The notes: a model not told the origin generated them from the letters alone. Positions 28,872-37,099 are shown, counted from the stretch's first letter. The stretch is 41,060 bases of DNA from a virus (IMGVR_UViG_3300033512_000027:1-41060), one strand, 5' to 3'. Program-made: numbers and translations.

Positions 28872-29641
28872 AATATAAAAGAGGAACCTTTACCTTGGTT
28901 CCAAACATAAACTATCTTGAAGGTAAATCTCCTTTCTTGCAAACATTGTTCATGTGGATATGTAAACATACAGATGAAAATGGTATATGTTATCCATCAC
29001 GTGAGAGACTAGCACGTGAATGTGGATGTGAGATAAGGAGTGTAGATAGACACATGAAAGTCCTGGAGGAAGATGGAGTAATTGTTAAAACAAAGAGGAA
29101 GAAGGCTAAGTCAAAAGAGAATGCTTCGAATGTCTATCAGATAATATTATTGGATAAATATAATAAGAAATTGGATTTAAAATCGCTACCAAGCGACTCC
29201 TATAAAGATGATGAAGGAGACTCAAATGTAGTGGACCCTAGCGACTCAAATGCTACTGTAACTATATCCAATTTAACTAAACCCAATACTACTTCTCCTA
29301 TCGGAGAAAGTGTGGTTAAGAAAAAGATAGGAAAAAGAGAAGAGAATAGATTAAAGAAAGAAAGTGAATATACTTTTGAAGGCTACATGGATAATCTTAT
29401 TAAAAGTTTCTATAAACCTCATAAAATTCTTTGGCTTTATTTTACTAGGAAGAATTTTAAATTTACTAATTTAGCTCAATGGGAAACAGCAGTTGGTTTA
29501 GCTATTAAACCAGCAGTTTCTCTTAGTGGATATAATAGCGGTCAAATAGAACGTACGATGGAATATTGTGAAAGTAAGTGGCAAGATGGATGGAGTTTAC
29601 ATGCGGTCGTAAAAAATATAGCACTAATAGCAAATAAATAA
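28868..29641 (+). CDS. replication initiator with N-terminal winged HTH
   Basis: CYPSRERLARECG...LEEDGVI...SNVY; upstream of the helicase. Confidence 0.8.
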   Translation: MKYKRGTFTLVPNINYLEGKSPFLQTLFMWICKHTDENGICYPSRERLARECGCEIRSVDRHMKVLEEDGVIVKTKRKKAKSKENASNVYQIILLDKYNKKLDLKSLPSDSYKDDEGDSNVVDPSDSNATVTISNLTKPNTTSPIGESVVKKKIGKREENRLKKESEYTFEGYMDNLIKSFYKPHKILWLYFTRKNFKFTNLAQWETAVGLAIKPAVSLSGYNSGQIERTMEYCESKWQDGWSLHAVVKNIALIANK

Positions 29642-29643
29642 TT

Positions 29644-29865
29644 ATGGAAAATAGATTAAATAAAGAATGGTTAGCTGGAAAACTCAACAAAGATACTGAC
29701 ATCAGAAAACCCCAAGAACCTATGGAAGAAAATGTATGTAAGAAATGTGGAATTAGTATAGAAACATTTAGAAAAACTGGACAAATGACTTGTTTTGATG
29801 ATAGTGATATTAGACATGAATTTAACAACCAAGAACCTATGGAAGAAAAGAAAGTTCTACGATAG
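29644..29865 (+). CDS. hypothetical protein
   Basis: 73 aa with duplicated QEPMEE. Confidence 0.55.
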   Translation: MENRLNKEWLAGKLNKDTDIRKPQEPMEENVCKKCGISIETFRKTGQMTCFDDSDIRHEFNNQEPMEEKKVLR

Positions 29866-29927
29866 AATTATAAAATAACCCCATTGTCCTCGTCACGACA
29901 ATAAAAAGGGAGAAATAAAAAGAGATT

Positions 29928-30833
29928 ATGAAAGTAGACCAAATACTAGAAAGTTTAAAAGTTGAAATTAAGGCTACACAAGAAGGTATTGTACAAGCTG
30001 AAGCCTTAGAACGTTTAAAGCAAGCTACAAAGTTATATAATGGAGAAGATAAGGTTATTTCTTTCAAAGACATTTATGACCGAATAAAAACTCTACCTCC
30101 AGTTCCTAAGATATATACTGGATGGGAAAAGCTTGATTCAATTTTAAAAGGTATTAGAAAGAAACATCTAATCATCTGGGCTGGAATTACAAAACACGGT
30201 AAGACGAGTATAGCGATGGACCTAACATGTAAACTAAAAGATTATAATGTTCTATGGTTGCCAATCGAAGAGTCAGCAGAAGAGCTAATGGAAAAGTTTT
30301 TAGAACGTGGTGAGCAACCTCCTATAGGTTTTGCTCCAGAGAATATTGGCTTCGTAGATACTAATTGGGTTGAGAAGAAAGTCATAGAAGGTATTGTTAA
30401 GTATGATTCACAAATTGTTATTGTAGATAATCTATCCTGGGTTAAACCAGTTGGGTCAGGTAAGTATGATGGTAAGGCTGACAATGTTGAACAAACTTGT
30501 ATGGAAATAAAATCTATAGCAAAGAAATGGGACATACCAATTATTCTCATCGTTCATGTTAACAAAGAAGCAAAGGCTGACATGAATCCTACATTTGAAA
30601 ACTTTAAAGGTAGTTCAGGTATCGCACAAATAGGAGATAAAGCAGTTCTTATTTGGAGAGAAACAAAACGTGGTAAGAAAGGTGAGCTTGAGATTACAAA
30701 TAATGTCAATGTTAGTGTTCAACTTAATCGTCAAGGAGGTGTTGGTAATGTAAAGATGATTTATGAAGACGGGCACTTCAAAGAGTTTGAATGGGATAGT
30801 GATAATAATATTAGCGAATTAAAAGATTGGTAA
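29928..30833 (+). CDS. dnaB: DnaB-like (SF4) replicative helicase
   Basis: TGWEKLD, Walker A GITKHGKT, VIVDNL Walker B, LIVH, KGSSGIAQ. Confidence 0.85.
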   Translation: MKVDQILESLKVEIKATQEGIVQAEALERLKQATKLYNGEDKVISFKDIYDRIKTLPPVPKIYTGWEKLDSILKGIRKKHLIIWAGITKHGKTSIAMDLTCKLKDYNVLWLPIEESAEELMEKFLERGEQPPIGFAPENIGFVDTNWVEKKVIEGIVKYDSQIVIVDNLSWVKPVGSGKYDGKADNVEQTCMEIKSIAKKWDIPIILIVHVNKEAKADMNPTFENFKGSSGIAQIGDKAVLIWRETKRGKKGELEITNNVNVSVQLNRQGGVGNVKMIYEDGHFKEFEWDSDNNISELKDW

Positions 30834-31093
30834 TTATGTTTAACAACACTAGAGTAAAAAAAGCAATGATGGAGGAGAGAGCTGAACTTATGAGTTTCAT
30901 GTTATTACTGCTAGAAAAATATCAATCTGAAGTTGATGCCAAGAAAAAAGAATTTTATATGGAACACATTAAATACTATGGTGAGCTGTCGGCTAGAATA
31001 AAAGATGAGCTTGATAGAAAAGATTATAGTAGATGGGGTTGGGTTGAGCGTGATTATGAGTTGTTTAAGAGATTAGGAATTATAAAAGAATAG
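30827..31093 (+). CDS. hypothetical protein
   Basis: ORF directly after the helicase. Confidence 0.55.
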   Translation: MVIMFNNTRVKKAMMEERAELMSFMLLLLEKYQSEVDAKKKEFYMEHIKYYGELSARIKDELDRKDYSRWGWVERDYELFKRLGIIKE

Positions 31094-31128
31094 TATTTGA
31101 CATAAGTTAAAATTTGTGTTCTGTTGAG

Positions 31129-31176
31129 TTATACACAGGTAAAGGTATTGCAATTTTTCTTTAAATATGCTATACT
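31129..31176 (+). promoter_or_regulatory. promoter preceded by a DnaA box
   Basis: TTATACACA, 10 bp, then TTGCAA-17-TATACT with extended TG. Confidence 0.7.
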
Positions 31177-31214
31177 CTTTATAGGTTAGATTATTAATTA
31201 ATTCTAAAAATATT

Positions 31215-31400
31215 ATGAGTGATATTAAAAAAGAAGTAGTAGATACAACTTGGGAGCACAGTCAACATAATACGTTTGATAGTAATTGCTCTGAATGTTT
31301 TAAAGAGAGAATACAAATCGACTCAGAAGATATGATGGTTGGAGTTGATGATATAGAAGTATTTGAAGGAGATGAATTAGGTTTTAGTCCAGAAGAATAA
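31215..31400 (+). CDS. small acidic hypothetical protein
   Basis: 61 aa with His and CxxC. Confidence 0.6.
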   Translation: MSDIKKEVVDTTWEHSQHNTFDSNCSECFKERIQIDSEDMMVGVDDIEVFEGDELGFSPEE

Positions 31401-31406
31401 AAACAA

Positions 31407-31512
31407 ATATGGTATATCGTAAAGTGATGGTATAGTTTAACAAGTCAGACTGAACACCTTTCTAGAAGGAGGTATGGCGGCACCATTGCCATCACTATAC
31501 GGTATATCATAT
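31407..31512 (+). ncRNA. cloverleaf RNA with a 26-bp closing stem (tRNA-like, CTA loop)
   Basis: 31407-31432 pairs with 31487-31512 (three G-U, one mismatch), enclosing three hairpins. Confidence 0.6.
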
Positions 31513-31581
31513 AAATGTAAACAAAAAAATAATGGGTCGGTATTATTATTGTTAAATTATAAATTAAAAATAATAAAAATA

Positions 31582-32196
31582 ATGATTGAAAAAAATAATA
31601 AGCAAAGTGATAAGGTGTTTTTAACTGTATTGGCTGACGGAAAGTTTCACCAGCAAGTAGAGGAAGGAAGAGAAGGTGCTATAAAACGTGAAATCAAAGA
31701 TAAAGAAACAAGTGAAGTTACAGATACAAAATTTGAGCTTCTACATGATTCTGTTAAAGGAATTATATCAGAAGTAACTCTAGTAGAAGGTGAATATGGA
31801 AAGAATCTACAAATAACTATTGATACAGAAGTTATATCTCTTGGAACAAAAAGTTCATTTGGAGAAGATATGTTAAAGAAATTACCATCAATAGATTTAT
31901 CTAAAGAAGTAACTCTTACACCTTATTCTTTCCTTCCTAAAGGAGAAGATACTAAGAAGAAAGGAATAACTGTATATCAAGATGGAGTTAAAGTTGGTTC
32001 ATATTACTACGATGCAGAGAAAAAAGAATCAATCAATGGATGTCCTGAACCTGAAAATGGTGGAAAAGGATTTGATTCAGATGATTGGAGTGCTCACTTC
32101 AATACTGTTCGTAAGTTTATGGAAAAAGAAATTGCAAAACTTCCTGTATTTGTCGAAGCTACAAAGGAAGAAGATAAAAGTTTAAATAAATTCTAA
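31582..32196 (+). CDS. single-stranded DNA-binding / annealing protein
   Basis: Beta-rich, acidic tail ending in F, near helicase and exonuclease; start moved to MIEKNNK. Confidence 0.55.
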   Translation: MIEKNNKQSDKVFLTVLADGKFHQQVEEGREGAIKREIKDKETSEVTDTKFELLHDSVKGIISEVTLVEGEYGKNLQITIDTEVISLGTKSSFGEDMLKKLPSIDLSKEVTLTPYSFLPKGEDTKKKGITVYQDGVKVGSYYYDAEKKESINGCPEPENGGKGFDSDDWSAHFNTVRKFMEKEIAKLPVFVEATKEEDKSLNKF

Positions 32197-32198
32197 TT

Positions 32199-32519
32199 AT
32201 GTTAATATTTACAATCGTTGTGTTAGCTTGTGCTGTTATTGGTTTGGTTATTGCTCAATGTGTTTTATCTAGTCAAATTGATGAACTTGAAATTGAAGTT
32301 TCTAATGATGTTAGTAGTGAGTATTTTGAGAATGTTAAAGAAAGTCAAAATAAAAAGATTAGAGAATTACAAGAAGTTAACGCAGAAATCTTTACAATTA
32401 TTGCAAAAGAATTTGGTAAAGAATTTAATAAAGTACGTTTACTAGAAAATGCTGGAAAGTGGAATGAAAAAGTTGTTACTAAGTTTGAACTAGTTAAGGC
32501 TTCAAAAGCAAAGAAATAA
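32199..32519 (+). CDS. membrane-anchored coiled-coil protein
   Basis: N-terminal TM followed by coiled coil. Confidence 0.6.
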   Translation: MLIFTIVVLACAVIGLVIAQCVLSSQIDELEIEVSNDVSSEYFENVKESQNKKIRELQEVNAEIFTIIAKEFGKEFNKVRLLENAGKWNEKVVTKFELVKASKAKK

Positions 32520-32520
32520 T

Positions 32521-33315
32521 ATGATTATCAATCACAACAAGAAGCCCAAGTTAATAACAAATAAAGAATGTACTTGTATAAATCCTGTTGTTAAAGAAAA
32601 ATCATTCAACGAAGATATAGAATTAGATTACGATAAAATAGGACATATCTATCTATATAATGGGAAACAGTTAGAGTCTGTTACCGAGTACCTTAAAAAA
32701 TTCTATAGTGAGTTTGAGTTAGAAATAATAGCTAAGACATGTGCTAAAAAATGGGGTGTAGAACCACAAGCCATAATAGACCTTTGGGATTCTAATAAGG
32801 AATCAGCTTCTACTTTTGGTTCTGCTCTACACTCCGCTTTGGAGCATTACGAGAAATTTGAACATCTTGGTGCAGTTATCAGTAAGGTTAGAGAAGAAGA
32901 TGAAAATTACGCATTACCGAAGCATCCATTATTAAAGAAAATAATACTAGAGTTTATAAAAATTAATCCTATAAATGGACAAGTTATAACCGAAGTATTA
33001 ATTACAGATGTTAATAACGGAATGGGAGGTAGAGCTGACAGAATCGTTGTCCTAGATAAAGCAAAGAAGATTTGTAGAATTGGAGACTATAAGATTAACG
33101 TTGAATCTGACATGATAGACAAAAAGAAACTTAAACCTTTAGCTCCATTTGATTCTCTTCCAGCCAATAAGATAACAAAGTATCAAATTCAGATGTCAAT
33201 TTACGCTAATATGTTACAGAAAGAAGGATGGACAGTTGAAGGATTAGATATTTATATCTTTGAGGATGGATGGAAATATTACTCTCTACCTGTACTCCAG
33301 GTCTTGACAAAGTAG
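32521..33315 (+). CDS. PD-(D/E)XK exonuclease
   Basis: SVTEYL, GSALH, GRAD, IGDYK, YQIQMSIYA. Confidence 0.85.
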   Translation: MIINHNKKPKLITNKECTCINPVVKEKSFNEDIELDYDKIGHIYLYNGKQLESVTEYLKKFYSEFELEIIAKTCAKKWGVEPQAIIDLWDSNKESASTFGSALHSALEHYEKFEHLGAVISKVREEDENYALPKHPLLKKIILEFIKINPINGQVITEVLITDVNNGMGGRADRIVVLDKAKKICRIGDYKINVESDMIDKKKLKPLAPFDSLPANKITKYQIQMSIYANMLQKEGWTVEGLDIYIFEDGWKYYSLPVLQVLTK

Positions 33316-33332
33316 TCAAACTATGGTATAAT
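33304..33332 (+). promoter_or_regulatory. sigma70-type promoter
   Basis: TTGACA-17 bp-TATAAT with extended TG. Confidence 0.85.
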
Positions 33333-33341
33333 AGAGGTTAT

Positions 33342-33515
33342 ATGAACAAAATATTCAATTCAGCTTCAAAAATAGTGTTTGTTTTAATGGCTTTGGCTTC
33401 AGTAGCCCTTGCTTCATTAAAGATAATGGATGTAAAAGATTTCGTTATATTAGCCACAATGTCTTTCAGTTTCTACTTCACAAAGTCTACTCCTACTCCT
33501 AGTTCTACGGAATAA
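33342..33515 (+). CDS. small two-TM membrane protein (holin-like)
   Basis: 57 aa from MNKIFNSASK, two hydrophobic helices ending FSFYFTK; start placed after the promoter. Confidence 0.6.
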   Translation: MNKIFNSASKIVFVLMALASVALASLKIMDVKDFVILATMSFSFYFTKSTPTPSSTE

Positions 33516-33545
33516 ATGCTAGTCAGGTGCTAGAAACCTGATACT

Positions 33546-33983
33546 ATGTCTATAAAAAATATAATATTGTGTTTAGTGCTTATCGTTTCCCTGTTAGTTT
33601 TACCTACAAAGGCGATTGCCGAACCAATAGAAATAGTTACTCCTCCTTCTTTTGAACAAGAAATTACTAGAATATTCGGAAGCAATGCTAAAATAGCACT
33701 CGCTGTCTTTGAACATGAAAGTAATAACAATATAAAAGCTATCAACTATAATTGTAGGTACGATGGTATTAGTACCTTTTGTAAGAAAGGAGATGAAAAA
33801 AAAGCTTGGTCTGTCGACTGTTCTTTAGCACAAATAAATGTTAAAGGACAGTCTTGTCCAGCTGAACTAATGACAATAGAAGGGCAGATAAAGGCGATTG
33901 AAAGAATATATAAATCTCAAGGATTAAATGCCTGGGTTAGTTACAAAAATGGTTCGTATAAAAAGTTTTTAAAAGATGTCTAA
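33546..33983 (+). CDS. signal-peptide lytic transglycosylase-like protein
   Basis: Signal peptide, AVFEHES, DCSLAQIN, GLNAWVSY. Confidence 0.75.
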   Translation: MSIKNIILCLVLIVSLLVLPTKAIAEPIEIVTPPSFEQEITRIFGSNAKIALAVFEHESNNNIKAINYNCRYDGISTFCKKGDEKKAWSVDCSLAQINVKGQSCPAELMTIEGQIKAIERIYKSQGLNAWVSYKNGSYKKFLKDV

Positions 33984-34422
33984 ATATCCAATGAAGGTAG
34001 GAATATGTTTGCAATGTAATGAAGACATAATAGCCAAAAATGCAGGTATGGTAAAACCTAAAATTGGTAGAAAATATTGTTCTAAACATTGCCAAATAAT
34101 ATGGCAAAACGTGAATATATATCCAAGCAATAAAAGACTTGAAAAACGTAGTGGTGTAAATCATTATAATTGGAAAGGTGGTATAACTAATAAAAATACT
34201 AAAATAAGAAAATCTTTAGAGATTAAATTATGGAGAGAATCAGTATTTAAAAGAGATAATTATACCTGCCAAGAATGTGGACAAATAGGAGGAAAATTAA
34301 ATGCACATCACATTAAATCGTTTTCTAAATATCAAGAATTAAGAACGTCAATAGAAAATGGAATTACGTTATGTGTTGAATGCCATAAATTAACTAAAGG
34401 TTATTTAAGTAATAAAAAATAA
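33976..34422 (+). CDS. HNH endonuclease with N-terminal zinc finger
   Basis: NWKGG, VFKRDNYTCQECG, LNAHHIK, NGITLCVECH. Confidence 0.9.
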   Translation: MSKYPMKVGICLQCNEDIIAKNAGMVKPKIGRKYCSKHCQIIWQNVNIYPSNKRLEKRSGVNHYNWKGGITNKNTKIRKSLEIKLWRESVFKRDNYTCQECGQIGGKLNAHHIKSFSKYQELRTSIENGITLCVECHKLTKGYLSNKK

Positions 34423-34439
34423 AAAATATCAACAATATT

Positions 34440-34530
34440 TATAGGTGTGTCTATAGCCCCTCTTGGATTAAGCTCAAATAAAAGGTATTCCAAGATACCT
34501 GAGCTGAGGGGAGCCACAGGCACATCTATA
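34440..34530 (+). ncRNA. putative pseudoknotted structured RNA
   Basis: Four nested stems plus TCTTGGA/TCCAAGA complementarity in a GC-enriched intergenic island. Confidence 0.55.
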
Positions 34531-34554
34531 CTTATAAATTAAATTGTAATACTA

Positions 34555-34830
34555 ATGATTAAAGAATCAATAAAGGAAGTTAACACAGAGCTTGTTATCC
34601 AGAATGAAACCAAAAAAGAAGAAGTTCAAAAGCCTAATCGTCACTCAAGACGTGCAGCAAAAGCCTTTGAAAGAAAATTACCGCAAATAATTAAGAAGAT
34701 GAAAATTTCTTCTAACATAAAAGACACAAAAGCTCTCGGAAGAATTGCTAAACAAAAACATATAGATGAAGTAAAAGAAAGAACGGCTAAGAGAAAAGAA
34801 ATAAAAAAGCTACAAAAATTAAATGAATAA
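34555..34830 (+). CDS. basic hypothetical protein
   Basis: 91 aa, Lys/Arg-rich, PNRHSRRA motif. Confidence 0.65.
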   Translation: MIKESIKEVNTELVIQNETKKEEVQKPNRHSRRAAKAFERKLPQIIKKMKISSNIKDTKALGRIAKQKHIDEVKERTAKRKEIKKLQKLNE

Positions 34831-34996
34831 AACAATTAGAAAAATTAAGTTATTCGCTACCGATGATTTTGGAAATGGATTTGTTACATTACTAGGCGAA
34901 TTTAATAGTATTGAAGAAATAAATATTCAAGCTGGAGACTTTGCTAAAGATGTGGTTCTTAGTTTTGAAGAATATCATATAGGCGGAGAAGAATAG
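34823..34996 (+). CDS. small hypothetical protein
   Basis: Not in the ORF track; 57 aa MNKTIRKIKLFATDDFGNGF..., fills the gap. Confidence 0.6.
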   Translation: MNKTIRKIKLFATDDFGNGFVTLLGEFNSIEEINIQAGDFAKDVVLSFEEYHIGGEE

Positions 34997-34997
34997 T

Positions 34998-35192
34998 ATG
35001 GAAGAAGAACCAATAAAGAGTCATGCAGAACGTGAGAAAGAATATATACTTGAAGTTAAGAGAACTGTACGTAAATCTCAGTTAGTTGATTTCGTTCATT
35101 TCTATTATCAACACATAGATGAATTAACATTTAATCAAGCTGTAAAAGCTTTCAATGAATTACAAGATGAAGCAACAACAACGAGTATTTAA
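34998..35192 (+). CDS. hypothetical protein
   Basis: 64 aa ORF, packed. Confidence 0.6.
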   Translation: MEEEPIKSHAEREKEYILEVKRTVRKSQLVDFVHFYYQHIDELTFNQAVKAFNELQDEATTTSI

Positions 35193-35487
35193 AAGTGGGG
35201 CTATACGTGATGATGATTCTACTAAAGAAGATTATATAGAAACAATATCATGGAGAGCAATGAAACGTTATGCTAAATACATGACAGGTAAGAAATCAAG
35301 ATATGGACAAGGTAATTTTAAAAAAGGTATTCCAATAGAAAGTTATGAACAATCTCTTTTAAGACATGTTCAAAAGTATCTTGAAAACAAATACGAAGGA
35401 GGTACAGTAGAAGTGGAAGAAGACCATTTGGCAGCTATTGTGTTTAATACCTTCGGAATTATGCATGAACAAAATGATACAAAATAA
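35167..35487 (+). CDS. dATP/dGTP diphosphohydrolase-like (DUF5664) protein
   Basis: FKSGAIRD...KSRYGQGNFKKGIP...SLLRH...EDHLAAIVFN. Confidence 0.8.
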   Translation: MKQQQRVFKSGAIRDDDSTKEDYIETISWRAMKRYAKYMTGKKSRYGQGNFKKGIPIESYEQSLLRHVQKYLENKYEGGTVEVEEDHLAAIVFNTFGIMHEQNDTK

Positions 35488-36238
35488 ACCAGTTATCTGT
35501 ACAGGAGACATTGAAACATATCCATCAGAAGTATTAATGTATGGAAACACATGGGAACCTGTAATAGTAAAGATAATAAGATTCCAAAGTATACTGTCAT
35601 TTGCATATAAATTAGGAGATGGGAAAACAAAGTACATTGGATTAAATACGATGCCAGGTTATAAACCAGGAGACCTAGATGATAGACAATTAATGATAGA
35701 AATATCAAAGATATTAAATTCAGCAGATTACTTTTGTGGACAGAACTCAGATGAGTTTGATATTAAGATAATTAAGGAGAGAATTATGTTTCATAATCTA
35801 CCTCCATTAAGGGAAGATTTGGCTCTATTAGATACTAAGAAGTTATATAAAAAAGTATCTAGATTACCAAACAACAAACTTAACACTCAAAGTCAATTCA
35901 ATGGTTTTGGAGAAAAAGTAAAACATACAGGTACAGATTTATTTATAGATTGCGGTGCTGGTGATATGAAAGCTTGGAAAACAAACGAAGTATATAACAA
36001 GCATGACGTTGACCTAACTTACGCAAACTTGATGAAAGTTCTACCTTATGTTAAACTAAGTAATCCACAAAAAGTGTTTAGTACAAACGTAACTTGTGAT
36101 AATCCTTTGTGTTTATCTACACATTTAACTAAGTCTAAATTAAGAAAAGTTGCTGGTGGATGGAGACAACAGTTTCAATGTCAGGATTGCGGATGTTATA
36201 AAACACCCAAGGAAATTATTAAGACCCTTGACAAATAA
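35474..36238 (+). CDS. RNase H-fold DEDD 3'-5' exonuclease with C-terminal zinc ribbon
   Basis: DIET, QNSDEFD, YNKHDV, CDNPLC...CQDCG. Confidence 0.8.
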   Translation: MIQNKPVICTGDIETYPSEVLMYGNTWEPVIVKIIRFQSILSFAYKLGDGKTKYIGLNTMPGYKPGDLDDRQLMIEISKILNSADYFCGQNSDEFDIKIIKERIMFHNLPPLREDLALLDTKKLYKKVSRLPNNKLNTQSQFNGFGEKVKHTGTDLFIDCGAGDMKAWKTNEVYNKHDVDLTYANLMKVLPYVKLSNPQKVFSTNVTCDNPLCLSTHLTKSKLRKVAGGWRQQFQCQDCGCYKTPKEIIKTLDK

Positions 36239-36256
36239 ATAGTTTTATGTTATAAT
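36228..36256 (+). promoter_or_regulatory. promoter of the tRNA array
   Basis: TTGACA-17 bp-TATAAT with extended TG. Confidence 0.88.
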
Positions 36257-36296
36257 ATGTGTAACAGAATGGTAGTACTTTGGATGCTACCAACAT

Positions 36297-36371
36297 TTCG
36301 AAATCGTCTAACGGCAGGACAGCAGCCTTTGAAGCTGAGAATCGTGGGTTCGAATCCCTGTTTCGGAACCA
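36297..36371 (+). tRNA. tRNA-Gln(TTG)
   Basis: Cloverleaf, loop CTTTGAA, T-loop TTCGAAT, encoded CCA. Confidence 0.9.
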
Positions 36372-36434
36372 AGCTTGACAGCAAGTGTACATAACAGTTT
36401 CCACGTTAAGATTGCAAGCTGAAACGTGGTGGAT

Positions 36435-36505
36435 GCGAGATTAGTATAATGGCAGAACATCTCCCTTACATGGAGAATGCAGAGGTTCGATTCCTCTATC
36501 TTGCA
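36435..36505 (+). tRNA. tRNA-Val(TAC)
   Basis: TCTCC CTTACAT GGAGA arm; T-loop TTCGATT. Confidence 0.9.
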
Positions 36506-36509
36506 CAAT

Positions 36510-36580
36510 GCCCACATCATTCAACGGTAGGATAACTGGCTTTTAACCAGTCCATCGGGGTTCGATTCCCTGTGTCGGCA
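36510..36580 (+). tRNA. tRNA-Lys(TTT)
   Basis: ACTGG CTTTTAA CCAGT arm. Confidence 0.9.
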
Positions 36581-36584
36581 CAAT

Positions 36585-36661
36585 GGGATAGTGAAAGGTT
36601 CGATTTCAGGAAAAGCTAAAATGCAACCTGAAAGACGAGGGTTCGACTCCCTCCTGTTCCA
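36585..36661 (+). ncRNA. mini-tmRNA: tRNA-like domain of tmRNA without an mRNA-like domain
   Basis: G3-U70 acceptor stem GGGATAG/CTGTTCC + A; stemless D-loop ending GGTTCGA; helix TTTCAGG/CCTGAAA; GAC linker; T-arm GAGGG TTCGACT CCCTC. Confidence 0.8.
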
Positions 36662-36665
36662 CAAT

Positions 36666-36736
36666 GTCTTTGTAATTCAATGGTAGAATATCGAGCTCTT
36701 ACCTCGACCATCATAGTTCGAATCTATGCGGAGACA
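36666..36736 (+). tRNA. tRNA-Lys(CTT)
   Basis: TCGAG CTCTTAC CTCGA arm. Confidence 0.88.
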
Positions 36737-36749
36737 CAAGTAAGAATAT

Positions 36750-36821
36750 TGGAAGATAGTATAATGGTAATGCGTCAAGCTGTTAACTTGAACTATAGTG
36801 GTTCGAATCCACTTCTTCCAG
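36750..36821 (+). tRNA. tRNA-Asn(GTT)
   Basis: TCAAG CTGTTAA CTTGA arm; G discriminator. Confidence 0.9.
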
Positions 36822-36825
36822 CAAT

Positions 36826-36904
36826 GCTCCAGATACTCAATGGGTGAGTAGCGGTCTGTAAAACCGTGCCTTCGGGAAAGTTGGTTCGATTCCAACCTGT
36901 AGCA
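36826..36904 (+). tRNA. tRNA-Tyr(GTA)
   Basis: GCGGT CTGTAAA ACCGT arm; long variable arm. Confidence 0.9.
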
Positions 36905-36952
36905 CTAAGGGAATATCTAAGTTGTTGATTACGATGTATGGTATTCCCGCAT

Positions 36953-37024
36953 ACCGATATAGTTTAGTAGGAAAAACGCCTATTTTGTAAGTAGGTCAGC
37001 TGGGTTCAAATCCTGGTATCGGTA
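36953..37024 (+). tRNA. tRNA-Thr(TGT)
   Basis: CCTAT TTTGTAA GTAGG arm. Confidence 0.88.
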
Positions 37025-37028
37025 CAAT

Positions 37029-37099
37029 GGGCTTTTAGTTTAGTGGTAGAATATCTCCCTTGCACGGAGAAGACAAGATTTCGATTATCTTAAGGTCCA
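37029..37099 (+). tRNA. tRNA-Ala(TGC)
   Basis: TCTCC CTTGCAC GGAGA arm; G3-U70. Confidence 0.9.

Noticed and set aside
29712-29849. 21-bp direct repeat CCAAGAACCTATGGAAGAAAA as an att site or mobile-element end
   Set aside because: It is an in-frame duplication within one small ORF; no recombinase is seen.
31474-31581. N-terminal extension of the ssb ORF given in the track
   Set aside because: It overlaps the structured RNA and an AT-rich spacer; the ATG at 31582 fits the genome's start context.
33976-34530. IscB/HEARO or group I intron
   Set aside because: The HNH is 148 aa with no RuvC motifs, the RNA is too short, and no interrupted host gene is evident.
35167-35487. Z-base (2-aminoadenine) genome pathway
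   Set aside because: No PurZ or phage DNA polymerase is recognisable in the window.
36585-36661. Reading the element as tRNA-Phe(AAA) from CTAAAAT
   Set aside because: No 5-bp stem closes that loop and there is no D-stem; all features fit the tmRNA tRNA-like domain better.
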